Positions 56,001-64,000 of a stretch of 64,000 nt of DNA are shown here, one piece after another; within the stretch, counting starts at the first letter, position 1, and every line of letters starts with the position of its first letter. Position numbers and translations under genes: made by a program. A model generated the notes under the pieces. The model worked only from the letters and a program-made list of their open reading frames with translations. It ran no database searches and was not told where the DNA came from. The stretch is from a virus: positions 6,984 to 70,983 of IMG/VR virus record IMGVR_UViG_3300021171_000012; one strand, 5' to 3'.

Positions 56001-56469
56001 TCTGATTCTGTTCGAGCTTAGCACGCTCAGCAGCGAACTCTTGCTCCATTCGTAGTCGTGCAGATCCCTTGGCGACATCGGCAAGACCTGCTTGTCCAGC
56101 TGCAAACGATTGAGCAGACTTTAACCGCGCTGCTAGTAACTCGGCTTCAGCAGTGGCTTGCTGTCGTACAATACTCGTCGAGTTTTGTCGTATCGTGTTT
56201 TGAGTCTCAAAAGCGCGAGTTATTTTATTAATTGCCGATAGCTCTTCTGGTAGAGCAATATTAAACTGCGCGCGTAGCGCATTCATCTGCGTTGTTGCAC
56301 TTGTTATCTCAGTATTTATTCGCCGTATAGCATCTGCCGCCCCAGCACCGCTAGTATTTAAAAGTGCAAGAAGAGTCTCACGCAGACCACTGATATTTCT
56401 TTTCAGACTCTCTACTGCATCTATAGCCTCATTACGAGCTGTTAGTCTAATTCTATATTCATCGGACAT
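53014..56469 (-). CDS. Tape measure protein with an embedded lambda-R-like lysozyme/transglycosylase domain
   Basis: 1151 aa, Ala-rich helical; REGGGRY...SHAFGAYGF...T...ISPASQD..A; C-terminal LHPREMVLP. Confidence 0.88.
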   Translation of the reverse strand: MSDEYRIRLTARNEAIDAVESLKRNISGLRETLLALLNTSGAGAADAIRRINTEITSATTQMNALRAQFNIALPEELSAINKITRAFETQNTIRQNSTSIVRQQATAEAELLAARLKSAQSFAAGQAGLADVAKGSARLRMEQEFAAERAKLEQNQMRDAALYYAQVKANEAVQRESVASIQAAATAHAQLSKGVKDTGDNFAFAQREAKHFVALFDEFKSGRFSQMFSTFGSMLRDTGAGASTLISGLVGLAGIAIGAAVARDLTKWGEELGKLAERQENVAAAVGISVPQYIAFSGALRLTGGSAETAARTLETLQRRMQEAVMAPQGPAMSAFRDMGLTWDEMLKRLRDPQGAMQTLMDISDYIVRIGGDAERTSRIMEAFGGRQQFMEIMSAIKGGSQNFRELMSASESLNPFMTANHDALVSINKDINELSVAWEGFKASVTSGEYFRNWIQGLELLIVMLDRAGEAAVKVPDAIQRRMDQGNAWRYADPYGSGAVNIPSATASESAILAQVRQREGGGRYDTFHATGQTVSSLEEIEALKGFKSHAFGAYGFQPGTYREMGAITGKYDISPASQDVNALALLRKYGPNASQSWAKSGPYDTSGVVQGTGAATAVPGAPSTSGEMSPFDLGASEKAYEAELRLRKLVAEERHDYEALNRLREKETEFASMSADQKEAFLKVNVVNSQNVALGKVEADQRVAIIKTVEDGVRLKQQEFNYTQQSTMAQLQQREAAARARDDLAEIVNIRKEELAIIQADPYKSAAEKIAAQTRLQQAQNDVLKEQVRLNQESYAGQSKAAADILRGFEADIQKRPGISKVDAYKYDIQEVERLNGALSEVLKKEMDAADAVYGIADATKGSVEQTRIWWQQWDLGIKKTTEVEQLLEKMRTAQEAITKKWAEPWTKAFDSVASALENAITGVLSKKTTWKQAEGQVATAIGEGLLKAFASTASKALAKTLFDNTAGEGLDKVFGDLISKGVGKLFDVGTETATKTSAEVAGATAGAPILSAGIVAGAVEAAPILSAAMAAGGAGGGGASAIGEAATLALAFAEKGMVVPSFASGGLTGGSLSILHPREMVLPEHLSTGMQNMINSGNAGGSSPEVHMHFHGPADGPSIDRWFKGIISNNSNVFRDMFRANSLRSMAY

Positions 56470-56906
56470 TATAGTAATCCCGTTGCAATAAGATCGCGCA
56501 ACTTCTCTGCGGCAAGTTCAGCTTCGTTTCGGATGTCACGAAATTCTCTAGACGGTGGGTGGAATACCGACGGAGTATGAACCAGTGCTCCGTCTTTCGT
56601 TCCGATAAATCGAAGTAGGTTTGCCTTCGTCGGTACGATCCAATAGTAACTCTTTCCCCCAAACTCTCTTGCGATCGCCTTCGGCTCCGCCGGCTCAAGA
56701 TACCCGATAACCGTATTTCCGAGTTCCTCAACTCCATAGTCGATCTTAAACGACGGTAGGGCGCCGGCTAATTTCGTATGGGCCTCACCAATAACGAGGT
56801 TCATCTTCTCGACTAGAGCTAGCTGAAGTTTTCTAGGTAACTGATCTAGGTTAGCAATAACCTCAGATGAGTTATCAGAGAACGCTAGAGATATTAGATC
56901 CGTCAT
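56469..56906 (-). CDS. Putative tail completion/neck protein
   Basis: A...EFGG...I.P.KA..LRF...V.HP pattern. Confidence 0.55.
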   Translation of the reverse strand: MTDLISLAFSDNSSEVIANLDQLPRKLQLALVEKMNLVIGEAHTKLAGALPSFKIDYGVEELGNTVIGYLEPAEPKAIAREFGGKSYYWIVPTKANLLRFIGTKDGALVHTPSVFHPPSREFRDIRNEAELAAEKLRDLIATGLL

Positions 56907-57230
56907 TGAATAGTTGCGGTTCCGGGTTGACCGGGGGTTAGGCCAAAACGACCTAGTAGGCTATCAAGACTCGACACTGAGGAACTTACACTAGCGGTCT
57001 GGTCAAAGGTGACCATGCGAGGGGGCTTGTATTGAAAGTATGCTGCAATAAACCAATCTGCTGGAGGATGTCGGGACCACGCCTTCTGAAGTTCCGCGTA
57101 CCATTTCAGGGTGATGGTTCGCTTGACGGCGAAGGGGTTTCCACCGCAGATTCCCCTGATGGCAAGCTCGGCGACGAGGGAGTCAATGTTCCAATCCCAC
57201 TGTTCTCTCTCGTCGCCTCGGCTTCCCCCG
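56903..57230 (-). CDS. -1 frameshift extension of the tail assembly chaperone (gpGT-like)
   Basis: Slippery CGGGGGAA at 57230-57223; the -1 frame is open to TGA 56903 (…WSRHPPADWFIAAYFQYKP…). Confidence 0.75.
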
Positions 57231-57570
57231 TTATTAGGCCCGACTTCGCAAAGAGTTCATTCAAAGTCGCTGCTAAGCCCATAGCTTCACTGGCAGAGCA
57301 AGCGCGAGATAGTTTAATTCGAGTTGCCTCTGGTTCCCCCACTCCATCCGACGGAGCGGTTAGTTCCGCAATCATACTAACAATGTTCGACGCATAGCCA
57401 ATCCAATCACCTGGAACTAGGGCTTGGATGTACGGCTTTGTCCGTTCGAGGTCGAACAACGTTAGTGCTCGAACTCGGATCTGAGTTCCGCCAATAATAA
57501 AGTCGACATACTCGCTCGGTGCCATCGGCGGAATCGACATATCCGCCGTCTTTCCATTTCCGTCTGCCAT
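57106..57570 (-). CDS. Tail assembly chaperone (gpG-like)
   Basis: Lies between tail tube and TMP; SGL..GE followed by a low-complexity tail. Confidence 0.75.
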   Translation of the reverse strand: MADGNGKTADMSIPPMAPSEYVDFIIGGTQIRVRALTLFDLERTKPYIQALVPGDWIGYASNIVSMIAELTAPSDGVGEPEATRIKLSRACSASEAMGLAATLNELFAKSGLITGEAEATRENSGIGTLTPSSPSLPSGESAVETPSPSSEPSP

Positions 57571-57582
57571 GATTATAAGCCT

Positions 57583-58596
57583 CTATTGACTTGTTCCACC
57601 AAATCTCGCCGCCCAAGCGCCGCGCTGCTTCGGGTAGTTGACGAGATCCCCATTATATCCTGAGCCATTGCCGCCGTTCCAATAACCGACAAACCCACTC
57701 GCACTCCAATAACCACTGGTAGCAGCGGGAGCGATCCAATTAGTATCGACCCAATTTGCCATCTTATTAATAAAATATGGGTTATCCCCTACCGTCGAAT
57801 CCCCCGCTGCCCACTCAGGTAGAGCTAACGGCTTTGGAAAACAGCACCACCCGTTCTGAGTCAGGTTGTTGTTGAACGTGGTGAGATCGTCCAACATGAT
57901 CTGCACGCGGCTAGACCAGTATTCCACTGGGTCACAAGTAAAACCGCTGCAAGTATGATCGTAGATATCCACCCCGATTATGTCTACGTACCACCAACCG
58001 GGAAAGGTGTCTTTATAGTTGGGCATCTGGTAGTAATCGCCGTTGGGGTTCCACACAAATTTAAAGTTCGGGCTGTACTGGCGGAACTGGTTAACGACGC
58101 GCTGGAACGCAGCAATGTAGTGTTGTACATAATTAGAGTCGCTAGCATTGGCCTGTACGCCCCACGGATAACAACAGTTAAATTCCCAAGCCACACGGAC
58201 AATCGAGTCGCCGTAGCCGCAAGCGACAAGCTGAGAGGCAGCGTTGGCATAATGTGCGTCGTAAGCGCCGGCCGCCGCCTGGGCCATCGTTGCATTCTCG
58301 CCAGCCGGAAAGAACCCAATTGCATAGACCATTCGTCGAATACGCGGCTGATCTACAGAACAGGCCCAATACCACGCCGAGCCGTCGAAATTAGCCCACC
58401 CACCTTGATTGTTTGGTTGGTCGGCAACAAAGATATAGTCCATAATCTCGTGCGCCGGTCGGTTCGTCCAGCCGTCGAGCTGATCAAGCGTTTCGGCCCC
58501 GTAGCCCGTGTACATGGCGACCGGGACATTAGGATCAGCACAGGCAAGTCCATACCAACAGACGGTAGCCAGTGCCGCTAACAACCAACGCTGCAT
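57583..58596 (-). CDS. Secreted glycoside hydrolase, GH26-like
   Basis: Signal MQRWLLAALATVCWYGLACA; RVAWEFN (acid/base), FVWNPN, VDIIGVDIYD, KPLALPEW (nucleophile). Confidence 0.85.
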   Translation of the reverse strand: MQRWLLAALATVCWYGLACADPNVPVAMYTGYGAETLDQLDGWTNRPAHEIMDYIFVADQPNNQGGWANFDGSAWYWACSVDQPRIRRMVYAIGFFPAGENATMAQAAAGAYDAHYANAASQLVACGYGDSIVRVAWEFNCCYPWGVQANASDSNYVQHYIAAFQRVVNQFRQYSPNFKFVWNPNGDYYQMPNYKDTFPGWWYVDIIGVDIYDHTCSGFTCDPVEYWSSRVQIMLDDLTTFNNNLTQNGWCCFPKPLALPEWAAGDSTVGDNPYFINKMANWVDTNWIAPAATSGYWSASGFVGYWNGGNGSGYNGDLVNYPKQRGAWAARFGGTSQ

Positions 58597-58606
58597 ACCG
58601 AGTCTC

Positions 58607-59410
58607 CTAAACTGCAACACTCAACGTACCGATATTCCCCGACCCGTCTGCAAATGCAGAGAAGTCCATTTCAGGGATGACGTAATCGTCAATTCGAGTC
58701 GGGTACGTTAGGCGCTGGCTAGTGCATTGATTTAGAACTAGTACAACTTGACTGATTGGGGCAGGATTAGACCCAGCATACTGTTGGTAGAATGTCGCTT
58801 GAAACGTCGGTGTGTTACCCATCGGCTGATTCGACAGTGTAAGCAGCTGTCCCGTAGCAGCTTTGTATGTGTAGTTAATATTAAAGAGATTTCCCTGATC
58901 GGCGGAGAAGAAGCTATAGACACCCGTAGCAGGGTTAAAGTGATATGTTGCACTCACCGACGGAACGGCAGTCGCTACAGCGGTTAGCTGAGCACCGGGA
59001 ACTCCACCCGACAATGAGCCACTGGCGTAAAAGACTCCAAGATCGACAAGAGGAACTGACGAAGCATTGGCGACAGTGTAACTGAGTGCAGGACTTGGAA
59101 GTGTTGCAGCTTCGTTTCGGGCAAACTTCAACTGTCCTGTCGTCTGTGCCGAAACGGGGCCAAAGAAAATGTCGTTATACATCGCCGCCTTTATGCCGGC
59201 GAACTTAGCCTTTCCAGAGATTTTAGTCTTCCCACGGGCGGTGTCGACAGGATACTGCAACTGGCCATATAGTTCCTTGATGTCGCCAGAAAACTCGATA
59301 GTAACATCCTGCAACGTCCCAAACGGGCGCGGCGTTTGGGTTCCACCTAAGTCGGTCCGAACACCTGTTAGAAAACCCGAGCCGAATTCATAGACATCGT
59401 TAACGGCCAT
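58607..59410 (-). CDS. Major tail tube protein
   Basis: FGSG.L...P..FG.LQDV..EFSG..KELYGQ.QYP...ARGK.KI.GKAK...DDY.IPE.DF.AFAD. Confidence 0.8.
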   Translation of the reverse strand: MAVNDVYEFGSGFLTGVRTDLGGTQTPRPFGTLQDVTIEFSGDIKELYGQLQYPVDTARGKTKISGKAKFAGIKAAMYNDIFFGPVSAQTTGQLKFARNEAATLPSPALSYTVANASSVPLVDLGVFYASGSLSGGVPGAQLTAVATAVPSVSATYHFNPATGVYSFFSADQGNLFNINYTYKAATGQLLTLSNQPMGNTPTFQATFYQQYAGSNPAPISQVVLVLNQCTSQRLTYPTRIDDYVIPEMDFSAFADGSGNIGTLSVAV

Positions 59411-59422
59411 ATTCTATACTCC

Positions 59423-59917
59423 TTATGGAAGAAGAACTCTAATTGGAAGACACAAGAATGCCTGGCCGTCAATGTCGCCAGGATCACGGATATGAAGACC
59501 GTTTGTTCGGTCTATTCTAGCCCAATAGCAAAGACCGTTTAGAGTTAATTCATTTCGCTCAGTGTCGTCAGGGACAAGAGCGTTTTCAATAGCAATTTCC
59601 ATCGCATCAAGTAGGTCATCGCCGATGATCGTATTGTCTCCCGCGGCAGGGTCGCCGGTTGGGGCATAACACCAAGCACCGAGATCGAGATACCGACGTC
59701 GTAACTGTCCTGCTCCATATTCCTGATACGTCTCCCGATGCTGAACTAAAAACATCGCCGGTTGGCTTTCTTTCGGCACTGCAGTCCAAAGCTTCAAGCG
59801 GCGCCCGGTTAAGTTCCAGGTCGAAAAGCCGTTTACCGGAATATCGAACACCGCGGTCGATATTAGACTAAACAGGGCTGACTTGATCTGGAAGCGGATG
59901 TTCATTAGACGGTTCAA
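59423..59917 (-). CDS. Tail terminator-like protein
   Basis: RRLKLW..V....QPA.F...TL.GL...DPGD.DGQ; upstream of the tail tube. Confidence 0.65.
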   Translation of the reverse strand: MNRLMNIRFQIKSALFSLISTAVFDIPVNGFSTWNLTGRRLKLWTAVPKESQPAMFLVQHRETYQEYGAGQLRRRYLDLGAWCYAPTGDPAAGDNTIIGDDLLDAMEIAIENALVPDDTERNELTLNGLCYWARIDRTNGLHIRDPGDIDGQAFLCLPIRVLLP

Positions 59918-60335
59918 TCACTCTTCGGGGAAACTCAACGTGCTTTTCGCCAATAATAACCTCGATCGCCGCGCCTCGATTTAGCCAAAACTCGATCAAC
60001 TCCATGATAACAGGTTGGGTCCACGCTGTAGGGTGCGCCGGATCGACATGGACGTACAGTAACTTCGGGTCATCGCGATCATACGGACCAAACATAACGT
60101 GGCAGTTGTTCGGCCGCAAGTCCCACGACATCTGTTCAGTAGGGTCTTCTCTCAATTGTGATGAGAGCCAGAGACAGGCAAAATCTACACAGGCATCAGG
60201 TTTTCCCGACTTATGTACCGCACAACCACCATGAGGTCTTTCGGCGTTCCAGCACCACATTCGAGCAGGCTTTTTCAGATCGGGAATTGCCAGAAGATAG
60301 CAACAGAGACTACAGGAACCACAGCTATACGGCAT
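59868..60335 (-). CDS. YkgJ/FliB-like cysteine-cluster protein
   Basis: CGSCSLCC...C...GC.VH...P.AC..F.C.WL...RP. Confidence 0.7.
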   Translation of the reverse strand: MPYSCGSCSLCCYLLAIPDLKKPARMWCWNAERPHGGCAVHKSGKPDACVDFACLWLSSQLREDPTEQMSWDLRPNNCHVMFGPYDRDDPKLLYVHVDPAHPTAWTQPVIMELIEFWLNRGAAIEVIIGEKHVEFPRRVIEPSNEHPLPDQVSPV

Positions 60336-60621
60336 TGTGTGACTCAACTGCTGTCTTTGGAGTAATAATATAGCGTCGCTCAACATGCTGACGAATTAGC
60401 CCACCCAAGTTCGTCATGATGTCTTTAGTCAATTCTGCCCGAACCCCGGGTGGTTCAACACACGCAACGATCGACGCCAAATGGTTCATTAGCATCTGAA
60501 TAACGTCATGGGTTGGAACCCCGATCGCCAACGCTTCGCGCTCTGCGGCGGCCAAGGCGTGCTCAACAGGGCGCAGGATGAGCACCCCGAGGTTGGCTGA
60601 GGGCTTCTGATCGTCTGGCAC
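60325..60621 (-). CDS. Hypothetical protein
   Basis: GGAG RBS, GTG start. Confidence 0.5.
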   Translation of the reverse strand: MPDDQKPSANLGVLILRPVEHALAAAEREALAIGVPTHDVIQMLMNHLASIVACVEPPGVRAELTKDIMTNLGGLIRQHVERRYIITPKTAVESHNAV

Positions 60622-60624
60622 AGG

Positions 60625-60858
60625 CTATCTCCGCAATGACAATCCACTACCAAGAAGACACGACAACACATCGAATACTATGACAACTATTCCAATCAAG
60701 ATAGCAGCCCCGATCAGAATCTTCATAATGGCTACCACAAGATTACCGTAACTTCCTAATGGAATCAATGGTAAGATAAGCTGCACTATAGCAATCAATG
60801 CTCCAACGACGATTAGCCATACAATAATTACCATAACGAAGTGAAGGTCTATGCACAT
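60625..60858 (-). CDS. Small two-TM membrane protein
   Basis: Two long hydrophobic segments. Confidence 0.6.
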   Translation of the reverse strand: MCIDLHFVMVIIVWLIVVGALIAIVQLILPLIPLGSYGNLVVAIMKILIGAAILIGIVVIVFDVLSCLLGSGLSLRR

Positions 60859-61724
60859 CAGACGCTTGCTCCCATCGGGGGTGGTAGGACGTTCAGATAC
60901 GGAAGCAGAATGTCAACAGCGTATTTCGGAATCCCGCTTAGGTCAAATGTAACCGTCATCTGTCCGCCTACATTGTGACTATGCTCTCCAACACGACTTC
61001 GATAGCTCGCTCGCTCCGCGATTAGTTCGAGAGCAACCTGTTCAATGTCAGCAGGGACATAACCATAGTTGAATAAGACCGCATTACTGGACTCACCAGT
61101 ATTGAATGTGTATTTGGTCGTCGGACTAGGCGCATCCGGCGCTGGCGGAATATACTGACCTAAAGATGGCGCCGTCGAGACCGCTACTAACGGGGCTTTC
61201 GTCGCGGCGTATGTAACCCCCTGATCCGTTGCCCACGTCCCAAATGGTGTTTGTGGAGTGTATGAGCCTGATGCATCGAGCGTCGCGGCTTCGCCAGTGA
61301 CCTGATACCCCGCCGTGTATGTCGCAATGACATTTTGTTTTCCCCAAATAAAGGTGGCACCACTAAGTTCGATCGCCGCGGGTTCGCCCGGAGGTTGACC
61401 GTCCCACGGTTGATAGCGCCAACCATACGGAATAATCGCAGTAGTCGAATTACTTGCTGGAAGCGCCTGTTGGATGACAACCCCATCGACTACTAATGAC
61501 GCTAGCGAAACAACAGGCCACTCCGGTAGAACTAGTTGTCGTGTTCCAGTTCCATCAAATTGATGAACGTAAGTTCGTGGAACTAGAAGTCGCCGGTTAA
61601 GCGAGTTCCGAATCATGGCCGAGATTCGAGTTATTAAACCAGCCAAAACTGGGTCAGCGGGCGGCGAGTTTATATACAGCTTCGCCGCGCCTAGAGTCGT
61701 CAAATCTCCGCCGGCGAGACTCAT
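60858..61724 (-). CDS. Head-tail connector/adaptor (gp6/gp15-like) with an inserted domain
   Basis: DLTTL..AK.Y...L..LI...S..I...L.R...DG.G...L.L..WPV...VPADIEQ..LEL. Confidence 0.75.
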   Translation of the reverse strand: MSLAGGDLTTLGAAKLYINSPPADPVLAGLITRISAMIRNSLNRRLLVPRTYVHQFDGTGTRQLVLPEWPVVSLASLVVDGVVIQQALPASNSTTAIIPYGWRYQPWDGQPPGEPAAIELSGATFIWGKQNVIATYTAGYQVTGEAATLDASGSYTPQTPFGTWATDQGVTYAATKAPLVAVSTAPSLGQYIPPAPDAPSPTTKYTFNTGESSNAVLFNYGYVPADIEQVALELIAERASYRSRVGEHSHNVGGQMTVTFDLSGIPKYAVDILLPYLNVLPPPMGASV

Positions 61725-61990
61725 ACTGGATCTTTCGGTTGTTGAGTCGGAGCGTTCGGATCAACAGCCGGCTCCGCCGCTCCCGGTTCCTGAACCTGAC
61801 CGCCCGGTAGATTTGGGTCAATCTCCATCGGAGCCGGCCCAGTTCCAGCGACTCGAACAACCCCAGGAATCTCCTTCAATACTTGATCTCCGAGTTCATC
61901 AGGAACCTCAAATACACCCTCCTCATCGACACCGTATTCAATTCCGCCAATACTGACGCTAGTATGGCCCTCGGGAAGTTTGAACCACAT
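61721..61990 (-). CDS. Small head-associated protein; paralog of 61995..62396
   Basis: MWFKLPEG..SVS...D..G.F..PD. Confidence 0.55.
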   Translation of the reverse strand: MWFKLPEGHTSVSIGGIEYGVDEEGVFEVPDELGDQVLKEIPGVVRVAGTGPAPMEIDPNLPGGQVQEPGAAEPAVDPNAPTQQPKDPV

Positions 61991-61994
61991 AGAC

Positions 61995-62396
61995 TTATCC
62001 TTTCACTTTCGTTGTTGGCTTCTTCAGTTCTTCGATCTCTTCCTTCAATTGAGAGACTTCACCTTTAAGGTTGTTGTTCTCAACCTTGAGATCGTCCCGT
62101 TGCGCTGAAAGCTCTGCGATTGTTGAACGTAAGTTGCCATTTTCTAGCTTAAACGCTTCAACCTGACTAGCAACTCTAACGAGCGCGTCGTCGCTAGATC
62201 GACTCTCCATCGGTATCTGGATCTTATCTGCGTCGGGTGGCTTTTTCGCGATGAAGCCGGGGAGGTCGAGAATCAATGGTGCGAAATGGTCGGGAGCATG
62301 AAAGTACTCCCGACCATTTTCGTCAGCGGCTTGAGCAGAGAAGTCCTGAAGCTGAACCGAGATGGCACTAACGCCTTCGGGAAATTGGAACCACAT
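61995..62396 (-). CDS. Head-associated protein with coiled coil
   Basis: MWFQFPEG.SAIS...DENG...F.APD plus heptad tail. Confidence 0.6.
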   Translation of the reverse strand: MWFQFPEGVSAISVQLQDFSAQAADENGREYFHAPDHFAPLILDLPGFIAKKPPDADKIQIPMESRSSDDALVRVASQVEAFKLENGNLRSTIAELSAQRDDLKVENNNLKGEVSQLKEEIEELKKPTTKVKG

Positions 62397-62398
62397 TT

Positions 62399-63088
62399 TT
62401 ATATCTCCAAGACAGAAGAGTGTTTGATACGTGGGGAGCTTAACCTTCGCACAATTGGAGGCGCAGGTTTAATGTTTACTACTTCTGGTACGCTACTATC
62501 AGGCTCAACTTTTCCAGATAGTGTAGCGATTACATCCTGGCAAAACTGCAAGAACTGTCCGTCGGTAAACTCTCCGCGGGCTCTATTTGCTTGATATGTT
62601 ACGAGACGAATGTTGCCTTCAACGTATCCTAAACTAGCTTCTATCCTATCAACTGACAGCGTATCGCGATGCCAGCCTCCTTGACCCCATAATAGTTTAC
62701 GGCCAGTCAAAGCACATAACCCGTCTTGCATCTCATATACATCTTTTACATACTCCGGTGTAATCTCGAAGACAATACCTTTAGCCTCACACTGTCGCCG
62801 ACGCACATGGAAAGCCATTCGCATACAGTCTAGAAATTCACTTCTAGCTCTAACATAGGCCCGGCGCCGGTTATTACTATATCGAGTCGGATCTTCAATG
62901 TTCTTGCGTTTGTGGCAAGCCAGTGAGTGTGGATTGTTCTTTTGAATGTGACAATCTTTACAGTCCGATCTGTAATTATTCAGACCGTCGCCGCGCTTAA
63001 AGAACTCGGTCACTGACTTTGTTTCGCCACACGTTCCGCATTTCTTGTAGCCAACGCTGTTGCTAAGTGGTATATTGTTCACGGCCAT
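62399..63088 (-). mobile_element. HNH-type homing endonuclease (C-term SVLEI)
   Basis: KKC..C.E.K...EF...CK.C; Q.G.CALTG...SVDRI....GY..GNI.LV...AN; AGGAG RBS before ATG 63088. Confidence 0.8.
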
Positions 63089-63118
63089 TGATCGCACTCC
63101 TACTGCGGTTGATGGATA

Positions 63119-63153
63119 GACACCGGACAGTGTTGGTAGCATTGTCCGGTGTC
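63119..63153. other. 11-bp stem-loop between the capsid gene and the HNH gene
   Basis: GACACCGGACA / TGTCCGGTGTC; loop reads ATGCTACCAACAC on the minus strand. Confidence 0.6.
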
Positions 63154-63177
63154 GTCTTTTCGTCGAGCTAGCTATCA

Positions 63178-64000
63178 TCAGAATATAAAGGTCCCCGTCG
63201 AGGGGTTCTTGTTAGTGATAACAGCGAACGCGGGCGTGAAATAACAGGAAAAAACTTCATCTACATAGACGCCATACTCGTAACGACGTGAACGCCATGG
63301 CCACTGGATTTGGTAATAGTCCTGCCTGACTCTTGCCTCCAACAAGTTAGAAACTCCAGAGAGTTCGTATGGACTCCGATCACTCCAGAAAATGATCGTC
63401 CCCGGCGGAACAAACGGATGGACTTCAACATCAAGGGTATTGTTGAAGAATTTATTCATATACGATGTAACTTTCCGCCCCGCAATTATGCGGCCCGTTT
63501 CCTGCTCAGCATCAAACAAGATTCGGAAGATATTGGCGTTCGACCCCTGGTTGAGCATCGCACCGAAGGTATCGAGCATGTCGGCGGATGACATCAGGAT
63601 TCGATCAAAGCCGAGCTTGTATTGGTCATATGCGGCTTGAAGGACGGCATCAAATTGGGGAATTGTCGAGCCAGTAATAGTCAACCCCGTGTTGCCAGTT
63701 CCAAGATTATAGAGAATAGACCCTCCTGCGGAGAGGCTGATTCCCGCCGGGACCACTGGATTCGTCGCCATCGCGCGGCCCGGATCTGGACCCATAATGG
63801 CACCGAAGATCTGAGGCAATAGACCGTCGGGAACTAGAGTATCGACGCTGTTGTCCGCCGGACTTCCACCGACATAAACTGCCGAGAGGGGTTGGCCCGT
63901 CGAAGCAGGGACTTTGGTGAAGATCGCCTGATTCGACGGCGTAAGGCCGGCTAGGTACATTGTCGAGGGCGATGCGGCAGTGGAGCCGACAAACCATGCA
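63178..64000 (-). CDS. Major capsid protein, C-terminal part (runs off the right edge)
   Basis: DGLL.Q...VHPFVPPGTI...DYYQIQWP..SR.YEYGVY.DEV...Y..PAF.VI.N; upstream of head-tail genes. Confidence 0.8.
   Translation of the reverse strand, partial: AWFVGSTAASPSTMYLAGLTPSNQAIFTKVPASTGQPLSAVYVGGSPADNSVDTLVPDGLLPQIFGAIMGPDPGRAMATNPVVPAGISLSAGGSILYNLGTGNTGLTITGSTIPQFDAVLQAAYDQYKLGFDRILMSSADMLDTFGAMLNQGSNANIFRILFDAEQETGRIIAGRKVTSYMNKFFNNTLDVEVHPFVPPGTIIFWSDRSPYELSGVSNLLEARVRQDYYQIQWPWRSRRYEYGVYVDEVFSCYFTPAFAVITNKNPSTGTFIF

Noticed and set aside
1-64000. Stop-codon reassignment, tRNA genes, integrase/repressor, DGR or retron
   Set aside because: Genes are intact and tightly packed in the standard code with all three stops used; no cloverleaf, recombinase or reverse transcriptase motifs were seen by eye. 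The part of the genome outside the window is unknown.

Overview
The window is about 64 kb of a tailed dsDNA phage with siphovirus-type morphology (tail tube, tape measure, GTA-like tail tip, no sheath). The host is probably an alphaproteobacterium, which is an inference. The genome looks circularly permuted: the minus-strand late arm runs terminase > portal > an unusual block of decoration/secreted proteins > TPR-glycosyltransferase (cut at base 1), and resumes at the right edge with major capsid > head-tail > tail > lysis genes. A plus-strand early/middle arm (16.8-41.9 kb) carries many small ORFs, a MoxR/CobS-like AAA+ ATPase with a vWA-like partner, a recombination module, a ParB-methyltransferase, a split UDG/exonuclease-PolA, a helicase-like ATPase, a dNMP kinase and a class II RNR. 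The arms diverge at a long imperfect palindrome centred on an A10 tract (about 16.6 kb). No integrase, repressor, tRNA or CRISPR array was seen. The strongest unexplained signal is a shared C-terminal peptide tag, [VI][LM][DE]I-COOH usually after a basic linker, on at least 8 unrelated proteins including two homing endonucleases. Other highlights are a LAGLIDADG gene flanked by a synonymously recoded duplicate of a tail gene's 3' end, a 17-repeat Pro/Trp protein near a TPR-glycosyltransferase, several Cys-rich signal-peptide proteins in the virion operon, and a portal fused to a pyrophosphatase-like domain. All family calls are by-eye motif recognition; no database search was run.
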